Of a DNA stretch of 64,000 nucleotides, positions 18,573-27,932 are shown piece after piece (position 1 is the first letter of the stretch; the number at the start of each line of letters is the position of its first letter). A model generated the notes under the pieces. That model searched no databases, was not told the DNA's origin, and saw only the letters and a program-made list of their open reading frames with translations. The translations under genes were made by a program, and so were the position numbers. The DNA is taken from NCBI GenBank assembly GCA_019245115.1, contig JAFARZ010000211.1, forward strand, positions 36,688 to 100,687, written 5' to 3'. The stretch comes from Streptosporangiaceae bacterium (GTDB taxonomy: Bacteria > Actinomycetota > Actinomycetes > Streptosporangiales > Streptosporangiaceae).

Positions 18573-18628
18573 GGTGGTGAATGTGCCATAGCACCCCCTC
18601 TATGGGGGACGATGGCACATTCACCCCC
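18573..18628. repeat. Nested palindromic element, copy P1
   Basis: GGTGAATGTGCCAT (18576-18589) and ATGGCACATTCACC (18612-18625) are perfect 14-bp arms. Inner CCCCC-tctat-GGGGG hairpin. Confidence 0.75.
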
Positions 18629-18691
18629 TAAAGAGCGCGCACACAGGAGGACGGCTGTGGCGACGGGTACCACGGATCCCTCCCGAGTGCT

Positions 18692-18706
18692 ATACATCGG
18701 ATGTAT
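18692..18706. promoter_or_regulatory. Perfect palindrome ATACATCGGATGTAT, candidate operator of the cluster GntR
   Basis: Shares the exact 11-mer ACATCGGATGT with 26490-26504. Overlaps the SDR ATG at 18705. Confidence 0.5.
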
Positions 18707-19505
18707 GACGGAGCAATCTGCCGAATTCGCCGGGCTGACCGCGCTGGTTACCGGCGGCGCCTCGGGTATCGGCTTGGCCACCGCGCGCCTGCTCGCCGCA
18801 CGCGGGGCCCAGGTCGCCGTGCTGGATCGGGTCAAACCCGCCGAAAGCGCCAACCCCGCCGAAAGCGCCGACCTTTATCCGGTTGTAGCCGACGTCACCA
18901 ACGATGAACAGGTCCGCGCCGCACTGGCGCAGGCCACGCAAGCCCTCGGAGGACTGGCCATCCTGGTCAACAACGCCGGCATCGGCGCCGCCGGCACGGT
19001 GGCGGACAACGATGACGACGAGTGGCGCCGGGTGCTCGACGTGAACGTGCTCGGGATCGTGCGCACGACCCGGGCCGCGCTCCCTCTCCTCAAAGAAGCT
19101 GCGAAACGACACGGCCAGGCGGCCATCGTCAACACGTGCTCGATCGCCGCGATCGCCGGCCTGCCGAACCGGGCCTTGTACTCGGCCAGCAAGGGAGCCG
19201 TCTACGCGCTCACCCTCGCCATGGCGGCCGACCACATCGCCGAGAACATCAGGGTCAACTGCGTGACCCCGGGGACGGCCGATACCCCGTGGGTGCGGCG
19301 CCTGCTTGACTCGGCGCCCGAGCCAGAAAAGGAACGCGAGGCCCTGGCCGCCCGCCAGCCCATGGGCCGGCTGGTGACCGCCGGCGAGGTGGCCGCGGCC
19401 ATCGCCTATCTGGCCAGTCCGCTGGCGGGTGCGACCACTGGCACCGCGCTCGCCGTGGACGGCGGGATGCAGGGTTTGCGGATAAGACCACCAAAGATCG
19501 GATGA
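18705..19505 (+). CDS. SDR-family oxidoreductase (candidate 2-keto-3-deoxy-L-fuconate dehydrogenase)
   Basis: TALVTGGASGIGLATA, NNAG and YSASKGAV motifs. The specific role is inferred from cluster context only. Confidence 0.85.
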   Translation: MTEQSAEFAGLTALVTGGASGIGLATARLLAARGAQVAVLDRVKPAESANPAESADLYPVVADVTNDEQVRAALAQATQALGGLAILVNNAGIGAAGTVADNDDDEWRRVLDVNVLGIVRTTRAALPLLKEAAKRHGQAAIVNTCSIAAIAGLPNRALYSASKGAVYALTLAMAADHIAENIRVNCVTPGTADTPWVRRLLDSAPEPEKEREALAARQPMGRLVTAGEVAAAIAYLASPLAGATTGTALAVDGGMQGLRIRPPKIG

Positions 19506-19567
19506 CACCCCGTGTATCACTAGTGTATCGAACCGACATAGCGGGCTTTCAACCCATTGACACGCAA

Positions 19568-19582
19568 AGACATCCGATCTAT
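19568..19582. promoter_or_regulatory. Weaker operator-like site AGACATCCGATCTAT
   Basis: Matches the 15-mer at 26490 at 11/15 positions. Lies 75 nt upstream of the ABC importer operon. Confidence 0.25.
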
Positions 19583-19656
19583 TTTCCTGGCACAGGACCT
19601 CAACCCCGACCCCTCCCCGAACTGGACTTGACTGGAGGGGTCCGCCAGGAGGCACT

Positions 19657-20832
19657 ATGACCGTGCGCAGACGCGCGGGTTCCCTCCGCGCCATCACTGC
19701 CGCGGCCGCCGCGGCGGTCGCGGTGACTCTCATCGCCGCTTGTAGCTCCAGCTCCAGTTCCGGCTCCAACGCGTCCGCCGGCTCCAGCACGTCGGGCGGC
19801 ACGTCGGGCAGCACAAGCGGCACGACCATCGGCGTCGACCTCACCTACAATGACACCGCTTTCTGGGCTGCCTACATCAACTACGAGACGCAGTACGCCC
19901 AGCAACTGCACATCCATCTGCTCGGCCCGCTGCTCGCGGCAGCCAATGCGAGCCTGCAGAACCAGCAGATCCAGACGCTGGTCAACGAAGGCGCCAAGGC
20001 GATCGTCGTCAACCCCGAGACCGCCACCAGCCTGGGCCCGGCGATCGCGTACGCCAGCGCGCACCACGTGCAGCTGATCTCCGTCGACACGATCGTCGGC
20101 GTCGGCAAGGTGTACATGGTGGTCCGCGCGTCCAACCTTCTGTACGGCCTGGATGCCTGCGCCTACATCAGCTCAAAGGTCAAGTCCGGCTACGTACTCG
20201 ATCTGGAAGGCGACCTGACCAGCTCCAACGGCGCCGACCGGACCAACGCGTTCAACGACTGCATGGCCAAGAACGCCCCCAACGTCAAGGTCCTCAAGGA
20301 TCCGACGGTGTGGACCGAAGCCACCGCTGTCACCGACGCGCAGAACGCGGTGAACGCCTATGGCAGCCAGCTCAAGGCGATCTACTCGCAGTGGTCGAGC
20401 CCGGACACGGGTGTGCTGCCCCTGCTGAAGTCCAAGGGCCTGGCGGGCAAGGTGATCGTGGTCAGCGACGACGGCGTCCCGTTCGAGATGTGCGACGTCG
20501 GCAACGGCACGCTCGACGCCTCGCAGTCCCAGCCGGCCAACCTGTACGCGTACTGGGCGCTGAAGTACGCCCTCGACGCGGCCAACGGCGTCCAGCACAG
20601 CGCCGGCCAGCCCGGCGGCGGTGCCCCGGCATTGCAGATGGTCAGCTATCAGGGCGACAGCAACCTGGCCGACCCGATCGTCGCCCCCTTCGTCACCAAG
20701 GCGCAGCAGACGCTCAGCATCACTCCGGTGGATGGAGAGTCCGGAACGGTGACGACCACGCCGGTGTCCGACACCAGCCTGTGGGGCAACGTCTACGGGA
20801 CTGCGCACGGCGGCGTGTGCAAGTCCACATGA
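19657..20832 (+). CDS. Sugar ABC transporter substrate-binding lipoprotein (type I periplasmic binding fold)
   Basis: AGGAGG RBS. Signal peptide with lipobox LIAAC followed by a Ser/Gly linker. Confidence 0.9.
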   Translation: MTVRRRAGSLRAITAAAAAAVAVTLIAACSSSSSSGSNASAGSSTSGGTSGSTSGTTIGVDLTYNDTAFWAAYINYETQYAQQLHIHLLGPLLAAANASLQNQQIQTLVNEGAKAIVVNPETATSLGPAIAYASAHHVQLISVDTIVGVGKVYMVVRASNLLYGLDACAYISSKVKSGYVLDLEGDLTSSNGADRTNAFNDCMAKNAPNVKVLKDPTVWTEATAVTDAQNAVNAYGSQLKAIYSQWSSPDTGVLPLLKSKGLAGKVIVVSDDGVPFEMCDVGNGTLDASQSQPANLYAYWALKYALDAANGVQHSAGQPGGGAPALQMVSYQGDSNLADPIVAPFVTKAQQTLSITPVDGESGTVTTTPVSDTSLWGNVYGTAHGGVCKST

Positions 20833-22313
20833 CCGAACCAGCGGTCGAGGCGGCCGGGATCCAGAAGCGGTTCGGCAGCACGCGCGCGCTGCGCGGCGTC
20901 GATCTCACCCTGGAGCCCGGCCGCTGCCTCGGCCTGATCGGCCGTAACGGGGCGGGGAAGTCCACCCTGGTCTCGATCCTGTCCGGCATCTACCCGCCGG
21001 ACGCCGGAGAAGTACGGCTGAACGCCCCGCTGGCCACCGTTTTCCAGCACTCGATGGTCGTGCCCGGCATGACCGTCGCGGAGAACGTGTTCCTCGGCCG
21101 GCAGCCCCGCCGCCGCTTCGGTGTCATCGACTGGCGCGCGATGCGGGAGCAGGCCCGGCAGGTGATGGCCGACTGGGGGTTCGACGTGGACGCCGGCACC
21201 CCGTCCGGGAACCTCACGGTGGAGCAGCGCCAGGTAGTGGAGATCGCCCGCGCGCTGGCGGCCGGCACGCGCTGCCTGCTGCTTGACGAGCCGACCGCCG
21301 CGCTGGAGCGCGGCGCGACCCAGCGCCTGTTCGAGCGCATCCGCCAGCTGCGGGCTCAGGAGGTCGCGATCTTGTACATCTCCCATCATCTGGAGGAGGT
21401 TTTCGAGATCTGCACCGACGTCGCGGTGCTCCGCGACGGGGAGAAGGTGCTGACCGCGCCAATGGCCGAGGTCAGCAAAGCTGAGCTGGTCACCGCCATG
21501 GTCGGAAAGCCTTACAACGAACGGTCTGTGGTTCCCCCTCCGCGACCCACCGCCGCCACCGGGGCGACGGTTCGCCCCGCGCTGACCGTGGACGGGATCA
21601 GCTTCGCGTCGCCGGGTGTCCTGCTCAGCGACGTGTCGCTGACCGTGCGACCCGGCGAGCGGGTCGGAGTCACCGGTTTGCGCGGTTCCGGGGCGACGAC
21701 GCTGGCCAGGATCGTGGCCGGGGCGACCGCGCCGGATGCCGGCGCCGTCCGGCTGGGGGGTCGCCCGCTCAAGCCCGGCGACCGGGCCGCGGCGCTGCGG
21801 GAAGGGATCGGTTACATACCGGAGGACCGGCAGGCGGATGGGTTCGTGCCGCTGCTCGGGTCGGCGGAGAACATCGCGATGACCGTCACCGACCGGATCG
21901 CGCGGGCTGGCTTCGTCGGTCCCAGGCGCCGGGAGAGGATGGCGGCGCCGCTGGCCCGCCGCCTGTCCCTGGTGGCGGCCGGTCTCGGCCAGCCGGTGCG
22001 GGAACTGTCCGGCGGGAACCAGCAGAAGGTGACGGTCGCCCGCGCGCTGGCCCGGGACCCGGTGCTGATCGTGGCCATCACCCCGACCCGGGGGGTGGAT
22101 GTGGCGTCCAAGGAACTGCTGCTGGCCGAGCTGGACCGGGTGACAAGGGAAACCGGGGCGAGCCTGCTGCTGGCCAGCGACGAGCTCGACGACCTGGTCA
22201 TCTGCGATCGCGTGGTGGTCCTGGTCCGCGGCGAGGTCTTCACCGAGTTCACCGATCCGCCGTTCGACCGCGAGGCGCTGATCGCGGCGACGGAAGGTAT
22301 GGGAGTTAAATGA
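20829..22313 (+). CDS. Sugar ABC transporter ATP-binding protein (duplicated ATPase)
   Basis: ATGA overlap with the binding-protein gene. First Walker A GRNGAGKST, LLLDEPTAAL, second signature LSGGNQQK. Confidence 0.95.
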   Translation: MTEPAVEAAGIQKRFGSTRALRGVDLTLEPGRCLGLIGRNGAGKSTLVSILSGIYPPDAGEVRLNAPLATVFQHSMVVPGMTVAENVFLGRQPRRRFGVIDWRAMREQARQVMADWGFDVDAGTPSGNLTVEQRQVVEIARALAAGTRCLLLDEPTAALERGATQRLFERIRQLRAQEVAILYISHHLEEVFEICTDVAVLRDGEKVLTAPMAEVSKAELVTAMVGKPYNERSVVPPPRPTAATGATVRPALTVDGISFASPGVLLSDVSLTVRPGERVGVTGLRGSGATTLARIVAGATAPDAGAVRLGGRPLKPGDRAAALREGIGYIPEDRQADGFVPLLGSAENIAMTVTDRIARAGFVGPRRRERMAAPLARRLSLVAAGLGQPVRELSGGNQQKVTVARALARDPVLIVAITPTRGVDVASKELLLAELDRVTRETGASLLLASDELDDLVICDRVVVLVRGEVFTEFTDPPFDREALIAATEGMGVK

Positions 22314-23407
22314 GCGAGCCAAAGGGGCGCGGCGTCGCCTGGGATGCGGAGGCGCGCGGAGAGCAGAGCACGAGCGACGAGGGAAGGCGAGGCCTCGAGG
22401 CGCCCCGGAGGCGAGCGGCAAGCACTGCGGCGATCAATTGGGTGCGCGAGGCCGCGCTGGTGCCGGTGCTGGCCGTGCTGCTGATCGTCGGCGCGGTGCT
22501 GAACAGCCACTTCCTGACCGTGTCGAACATGACCGGCATCGGGCAGCAGATCTCCGCCCTGGGTGTTGTGGTGGTGGGCGAGTCGCTGATCTTGCTGATC
22601 GGCGGTATGGACCTGTCGCTGGAGTCCACCTACGGGCTCGCGCCCATGGTGGCCGCGTGGCTGATCGTGCCGGTCGCCTCGTTCGGCAACGGCATGCTGC
22701 TCGGCCCCTATGTCGGCATCCTCATCCTGCTGGCGATCGGCGTCGCGGCCGGTTTCGCCAACGGCTTGCTGATCGTCAAGGGACGGCTGAACGGGTTCAT
22801 CGTCACGCTCGGCATGACGATCCTGCTGGCTGGCCTCCAGGACGGTATCGTCAAGGGCCAGGCGCCGTTCAACCTACCCAGCGCGTTCAGCTACCTGGGT
22901 TCGGCCAGCTTCGGCGCGTTCCCGGTGTCGCTGATCGTCACCGCGATCATCTTCATCGGCACCGGCCTGTTCCTGCGCTATCACCGCGTCGGCCGGGCGA
23001 TTTACGCGATAGGCGGCAACCGCGCGGCGGCCCGGGCCGCGGGTATCAAGGTGGACCGGATCCGGATCGGCGTCTACGTGGCCGGCAGCGTGCTGGCCGC
23101 GGTCGGTGGCCTGATGGAGGCCGGCCGGGTCTCGTCGGTCACTCCGCAGCAGGGGTATGGCGAGGGCATCATCTTCGCGGTGTTCGCGGCGGCCGTCATC
23201 GGCGGCGTGTCCCTCCAGGGCGGCCGTGGCAACATGGTGGGCGCGGCGTCCGGCGTGATCCTGCTTGGCCTGGTGCAGAACATCCTGGACCTGGAGAACG
23301 CGCCGAACTACTGGATCGACGCGATCAATGGCGGCGTGATCTTGTTCGCCCTGCTCCTGGCCCGCATCATAGGCGGCGAAGCGAGCGCGGAATTATGTGG
23401 GGGGTAA
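22310..23407 (+). CDS. Sugar ABC transporter permease (RbsC/AraH-like)
   Basis: ATGA overlap with the ATPase gene. 365 aa, polytopic, ending in a [13 protein letters not shown]-type motif. Confidence 0.9.
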   Translation: MSEPKGRGVAWDAEARGEQSTSDEGRRGLEAPRRRAASTAAINWVREAALVPVLAVLLIVGAVLNSHFLTVSNMTGIGQQISALGVVVVGESLILLIGGMDLSLESTYGLAPMVAAWLIVPVASFGNGMLLGPYVGILILLAIGVAAGFANGLLIVKGRLNGFIVTLGMTILLAGLQDGIVKGQAPFNLPSAFSYLGSASFGAFPVSLIVTAIIFIGTGLFLRYHRVGRAIYAIGGNRAAARAAGIKVDRIRIGVYVAGSVLAAVGGLMEAGRVSSVTPQQGYGEGIIFAVFAAAVIGGVSLQGGRGNMVGAASGVILLGLVQNILDLENAPNYWIDAINGGVILFALLLARIIGGEASAELCGG

Positions 23408-23555
23408 ACACCAACCCCCCACACCCCCCGGCCCGCGACGCGACCCGCCGCAGTGTCGCCCGGCCGGGAGACCCTCCGGGCCTCCGCAGCCGGGCGACCC
23501 GCGAAGCTCGCTGGCGCTCGCCGCGGAGCTACCCGACGTTTCGACTGGGGGCGCT

Positions 23556-24854
23556 GTGACTAAAGTCGTTAGGCTTGAGACGTGTGACGTGCGGTTTCCG
23601 ACGTCGCGGACGCTGGCTGGATCCGATGCGATGAACCCGGCCCCGGATTACTCCGCGGCGTATGTGGTCATCCGGACCGATGACCCGGGTGGCCTGGCCG
23701 GTCACGGGTTCGCGTTCACCATCGGGCTTGGCAACGAGGTGCAGCTCGCCGCCATCCGCCTGCTGGAGCCGTTCCTGGCCGGCCAGGACGTGGACGAGCT
23801 GATATCGGATCTCGGCGGCCTGTACCGGCGGCTGATCAGCGACAGTCCGCTGCACTGGCTCGGCCCGGACTGCGGGGTCGTGTACATGGCGATCGGCGCG
23901 GTGCTCAACGCGTGCTGGGACCTCGCCGCGCGCCGGGCCGGCAAGCCGCTGTGGCTGCTGCTCGCCGAGCTGACCCCGGAGCAGATCGTCGGCCTGGTGG
24001 ACTTCCGTTACCTGACCGACGTGCTCACCCCGGACCAGGCCTTTGACCTGCTGGAGCGAGCCGCTCCCGGCCGCGCCGGACGGGTCGCCGCGCTGAAGCG
24101 GGACGGCTACCCGGCCTACTCGACCGCGCCCGGCTGGCTCGGCTACTCCGACGAGCGCCTCGCGGCGCTGTGCCGGCAGGCCGCGGACGAGGGCTTCACC
24201 CAGGTCAAGCTCAAGGTCGGCGCCGCGCTCGACGACGACAAACGCCGGATCACGATCGCGCGGGACGTGCTGGGGGAGGACTTCGACATCGCGCTGGACG
24301 CCAACCAGGTCTGGGACGTGCCGACCGCGATCTCGTGGATCACCGAGCTGGCGCCGTTCCGGCCCGCCTGGATCGAGGAGCCGACCGCACCGGAGGACGT
24401 CCTGGGCACCGCGGCGATCCGCGCCGCGGTGCGGCCGGTCAGGGTGGCGACCGGGGAGCATGTCGCCAACCGGGTCATGTTCAAGCAGTTGCTGCAGGCC
24501 GACGGCATCGACATCATGCAGATCGACGCGTGCCGGGTCGCCGGCGTGAACGAGAACATCGCCAACCTCCTGCTCGCCGCGAAGTTCGGCGTGCCGGTCT
24601 GCCCGCACGCTGGCGGGGTCGGGCTGTGCGAGATCGTCCAGCATCTGTCGCTGTTCGATTACGTCGCGGTGTCCGGGCAGATGGCGGGCAGGAAGATCGA
24701 GTGGGTGGATCACCTGCACGAGCACTTCACCGCGCCCGCGGTGGTCTCGGGCGGCAGGTATATAGCGCCGCGGGCGCCGGGCGCGTCCACCGAGATGCTG
24801 GCCGGATCGATCGCCGAATACTCGTATCCATCGGGCGCGGTATGGCGCGGCTAG
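23556..24854 (+). CDS. fucD: L-fuconate dehydratase-like enolase-superfamily enzyme
   Basis: GTG start after a GGGGG run. [31 protein letters not shown]...KLKVG...[10 protein letters not shown]...WIEEPT...ATGEH...[11 protein letters not shown]. Confidence 0.85.
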   Translation: MTKVVRLETCDVRFPTSRTLAGSDAMNPAPDYSAAYVVIRTDDPGGLAGHGFAFTIGLGNEVQLAAIRLLEPFLAGQDVDELISDLGGLYRRLISDSPLHWLGPDCGVVYMAIGAVLNACWDLAARRAGKPLWLLLAELTPEQIVGLVDFRYLTDVLTPDQAFDLLERAAPGRAGRVAALKRDGYPAYSTAPGWLGYSDERLAALCRQAADEGFTQVKLKVGAALDDDKRRITIARDVLGEDFDIALDANQVWDVPTAISWITELAPFRPAWIEEPTAPEDVLGTAAIRAAVRPVRVATGEHVANRVMFKQLLQADGIDIMQIDACRVAGVNENIANLLLAAKFGVPVCPHAGGVGLCEIVQHLSLFDYVAVSGQMAGRKIEWVDHLHEHFTAPAVVSGGRYIAPRAPGASTEMLAGSIAEYSYPSGAVWRG

Positions 24855-25750
24855 GTCCCCTGGTGTTCGGGGGCGCACCGATCGGCGGGCTGTACGAGCC
24901 GGTCAGCGAGGCGCAGGCCGATGCCACGCTCGCCGCTGCCTGGGACGTCGGCATCCGTGCGTTCGACACCGCGCCGCACTATGGTGTCGGCCTGTCCGAG
25001 CGGCGGATCGGCGAATTCCTGGCCGGGCGGCCGCGCGACGAGTTCATCGTGTCCACCAAGGTGGGCCGGCGCCTGCTGCCGGCATCCGGTCCGGTGGAGG
25101 AGGGTGTCGCCGGCTTCCACGGGACACCGGCGCTGTCCCGGGTCCGCGACTACAGTCGGGATGGCGTACTGCGCACGGTCGAGGACAGCCTGCGCCGCCT
25201 CCGGCTGGACCGCCTGGACATAGTGCTGATTCACGATCCGGAGGAGCACCTGACCGAGACGATGGAGGCCGCCTACCCGGCGCTGGCCGGACTCCGGTCC
25301 CAGGGCGTCGTCGGGGCCGTTGGCGCGGGCATGAACTTCGCGGAGCCGCTGGCCTGGCTCGTCGCGCACACCGACTTCGACTGCGTGCTCATCGCGGGCC
25401 GCTACACGCTGCTGGATGACTCGGCCGCTACGACCTTGTTGCCGCTGTGTGCCGAACGCGGCGTGGCGGTACTGGCCGGCGGCGTCTTCAACAGCGGCAT
25501 CCTGGCCGGCGGCGACCACTACGACTACGCCCCGGCCCCCGCCGAGGTGGTCGGCCGTGTCGGACGCCTCCGCGAGGTCTGCGCCAAATACGAGGTGCCG
25601 CTTCCCGCCGCGGCGCTGCGCTACGCGCTGCGGCACCCGGCCGTTTCCGCCGCCGTGGTCGGCGCCCGCAGTCCTGGGGAAATCCGCGCTGACGCGGGCT
25701 ACCTCACGCTGCCGATACCGGATGCCCTCTGGGCCGATCTGGCCGGCTAG
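24842..25750 (+). CDS. Aldo/keto reductase (candidate L-fucose dehydrogenase)
   Basis: Start [18 protein letters not shown], 13-nt overlap with fucD. FDTAPHYG and [10 protein letters not shown] motifs. Confidence 0.85.
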   Translation: MARLGPLVFGGAPIGGLYEPVSEAQADATLAAAWDVGIRAFDTAPHYGVGLSERRIGEFLAGRPRDEFIVSTKVGRRLLPASGPVEEGVAGFHGTPALSRVRDYSRDGVLRTVEDSLRRLRLDRLDIVLIHDPEEHLTETMEAAYPALAGLRSQGVVGAVGAGMNFAEPLAWLVAHTDFDCVLIAGRYTLLDDSAATTLLPLCAERGVAVLAGGVFNSGILAGGDHYDYAPAPAEVVGRVGRLREVCAKYEVPLPAAALRYALRHPAVSAAVVGARSPGEIRADAGYLTLPIPDALWADLAG

Positions 25751-25797
25751 GGGCGCCGGTCACGCCGCGGGGGTACCGGGGGGACGGCTCCCCCCGG

Positions 25798-26469
25798 TCA
25801 AGGAACAGTGGCCAGCCATTGCTCGACGCCGGCGATGTGGACGGTGGCCCAGGAGCGGGCGATCTCGGGCTCGTGCGCGGCGAGCGCGTCGAGGATGGCC
25901 CGGTGCTCGGCGAGCGTCCGGGTCATCGCCCCGGTCTGGGTGAGTCCCCGCCACACCCGCGCCCTGGTCGTGGGCCCGGCCATCGAGTCGAGCAGCGAGG
26001 CGAGCACCGAGTTCCCCGAACACGCCACTATCCGGCGGTGGAACTCCAGGTCGTTCGTTACCAGGGTTTCTGCCTGCGGGCTGGGACCGGCGCTGTCCAG
26101 CAGTTCTCGGAGATCCTCGACCTCGTCCGCGGTTATCCGCTCCGCCGCCATGGCGGTGGCGGCGGGCTCCAGGATGCGGCGGACGCGGAGGAACTCCAGG
26201 AGCGTGTCGTCGCGGTGGAAATCGACGATGAAGCTCAGCGCCTCCAGCAGCAGGCGCGGTTCCAGGCTGGTCACATAGGTCCCGTCGCCGCGCCGCACGT
26301 CCAGTATGTTGACCAGGGACAGGGCGCGCACCGCCTCGCGCAGCGAGTTCCTGGACAGTCCCAGGTCGGCGGCGAGGTCGGCTTCCCGCGGCAGCCGGTC
26401 CCCGGCGCGCAGCGCACCGGATGTGATCATGGCCTTGATCTTCTCGATGGCTTCGTCGGTAACCGCCAC
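25798..26469 (-). CDS. GntR-family regulator, FadR (FCD) subfamily
   Basis: 223 aa. ITSGALRAGDRLPREADLAADLGLSRNSLREAVRAL plus an all-helical C-terminal domain. GTG start. Confidence 0.9.
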   Translation of the reverse strand: MAVTDEAIEKIKAMITSGALRAGDRLPREADLAADLGLSRNSLREAVRALSLVNILDVRRGDGTYVTSLEPRLLLEALSFIVDFHRDDTLLEFLRVRRILEPAATAMAAERITADEVEDLRELLDSAGPSPQAETLVTNDLEFHRRIVACSGNSVLASLLDSMAGPTTRARVWRGLTQTGAMTRTLAEHRAILDALAAHEPEIARSWATVHIAGVEQWLATVP

Positions 26470-26489
26470 GGTTGGCCCCCCACTTGTGG

Positions 26490-26504
26490 AAACATCGGAT
26501 GTTT
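26490..26504. promoter_or_regulatory. Palindrome AAACATCGGATGTTT, candidate GntR operator
   Basis: 7-bp arms around one central nt, in the 47-bp gntR/amidohydrolase divergent spacer. Confidence 0.5.
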
Positions 26505-26516
26505 GCGGAGAATTAT

Positions 26517-27440
26517 ATGTTGGTCGACGCTCACCATCATGTGTGGGATCTCCGGGTCCGCGATCAGGACTGGATCGCCGGAGCCGAGTTGGCGCCGCTG
26601 CGCCGGAACTTCCTGGTCAGCGACTACGAACTGGTGGCCGCGGCGGCGGGCGTGACGGCGAGCGTGGTGGTGCAGACCGTCACCGTTCCCGGTGAAACTT
26701 CCGAACTGCTCGAGCTGGCTGATGCCAGTGCGCTGATCGCGGGCGTGGTCGGGTGGGTCGACCTGACCGCCGGTGATGTCGCCGATCGTCTAGCCGCGCT
26801 GCGCGCGCTGCCGGGAGGTTCGTGGCTGCGCGGCGTCCGCCACCAGGTGCAGAGCGAACCCGATCCCGGCTGGCTTATGCGCCCCGACGTCCTGCGCGGC
26901 CTGCGCGCCGTCGCCGCCGAAGGGCTGGTATATGACCTGGTCATCACGTCTGGCCAGTTGCCGGTCTCGGCGCGGGCCGCCAGCGCGGTGCCCGGACTGA
27001 CGTTCGTGCTCGATCACCTGGGTAAGCCGCCCATCGCCTCGGGTCAGATCGAGCCGTGGGCATCGGACCTGCGCCGTCTGGCCGCGCTGCCGAACACCGT
27101 GGCCAAACTGTCCGGCCTGGTCACCGAGGCTGACTGGAAACGCTGGCAGCGCGGCGACCTGCGCCCCTATGCCGAGGCGGCACTGGAGTCCTTCGGGCCT
27201 TCCCGGCTGATGTTCGGCTCCGACTGGCCGGTCTGCACGCTCGCCGCCAGCTACGACGACGTCCGGCGGGCCGCCCTCGACCTGACCGCCGCGCTGAGCC
27301 CCGCCGAACGCGACGCCCTGTTTCACGGCAGCGCCACACGTACCTACCGCCTCTCCCAGCCTTTACCCTCTCCCAGCCTTTCGCCTCTTCCAGAACGCCG
27401 GTCAGGTATCCGGCCGTCAATTTGTCGCTTTGTGCAGTGA
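26517..27440 (+). CDS. Amidohydrolase_2-family protein (candidate L-fucono-1,5-lactonase)
   Basis: Start MLVDAHHHVWDL (metal-binding HxH). FGSDWPV near the C-terminus. The Pro/Ser-rich tail may be a read-through extension. Confidence 0.85.
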   Translation: MLVDAHHHVWDLRVRDQDWIAGAELAPLRRNFLVSDYELVAAAAGVTASVVVQTVTVPGETSELLELADASALIAGVVGWVDLTAGDVADRLAALRALPGGSWLRGVRHQVQSEPDPGWLMRPDVLRGLRAVAAEGLVYDLVITSGQLPVSARAASAVPGLTFVLDHLGKPPIASGQIEPWASDLRRLAALPNTVAKLSGLVTEADWKRWQRGDLRPYAEAALESFGPSRLMFGSDWPVCTLAASYDDVRRAALDLTAALSPAERDALFHGSATRTYRLSQPLPSPSLSPLPERRSGIRPSICRFVQ

Positions 27441-27523
27441 CTTTTCCGTACCGTGGCGACATTTCACGATAACGTGCGTTCGCGGGTTTTTGGCAATTCC
27501 GTCTCCGCTGAGATGCCCAGCCC

Positions 27524-27682
27524 GGTGAACTTGCAAATATCGCCGCATAGCGGGCACCGGGCTGGGCATCTCGTGGAAGATCGGAGCCCTCCGGAAGAAA
27601 AGGTGCCGGAAACCAGCACCCTTTCCTCCGCGAGGCCCTTTTCTTCCACCTCGTCCACCGCAACCGCCACCCACATACAAAG
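27524..27682 (+). repeat. Structured intergenic repeat, copy A
   Basis: Aligns end to end with 31625-31798 (reverse strand) and 60998-61172. Core nested hairpin at 27575-27647. Confidence 0.75.
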
Positions 27683-27932
27683 TTTTAAGATCCAGGATCC
27701 CCAGCGTGCCATTGACGCCATCGGCTCGGGGTGGCCGGTCGGCCAGATCGTTGCCCTTCACCTCCATATAGCGCGGAAATTACATGCTACGTGGAATTTT
27801 GCCCGCCGTATTTGTGCATTTAATTTCCGTGCAGCATGGATGTTCCGCCTTAATCCACACCTAGTTCAAGACTTACCGGACATTCAGGGAAATCCAGCGG
27901 CGGCGGGAAGCGCGGCTGCGGGCCGGAGAATG

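Noticed and set aside
16772-18704. Toprim-MazG region as an intact prophage, AICE or defence island
   Set aside because: There is no integrase, Tra/FtsK, capsid, Rep, toxin, RT or nuclease gene, and no flanking direct repeats or tRNA. At most it is a remnant.
27417-27767. ORFs running through the structured repeats (27417..27767, 27464..27721, 31304..31783, 31356..31826) that give similar peptides such as GRKGPRG.GAGF.HLF
   Set aside because: The similarity appears in several frames at once, and the copies differ by 1-nt indels. It therefore reflects nucleotide conservation of a non-coding element. No SD sequences or start codons are conserved.
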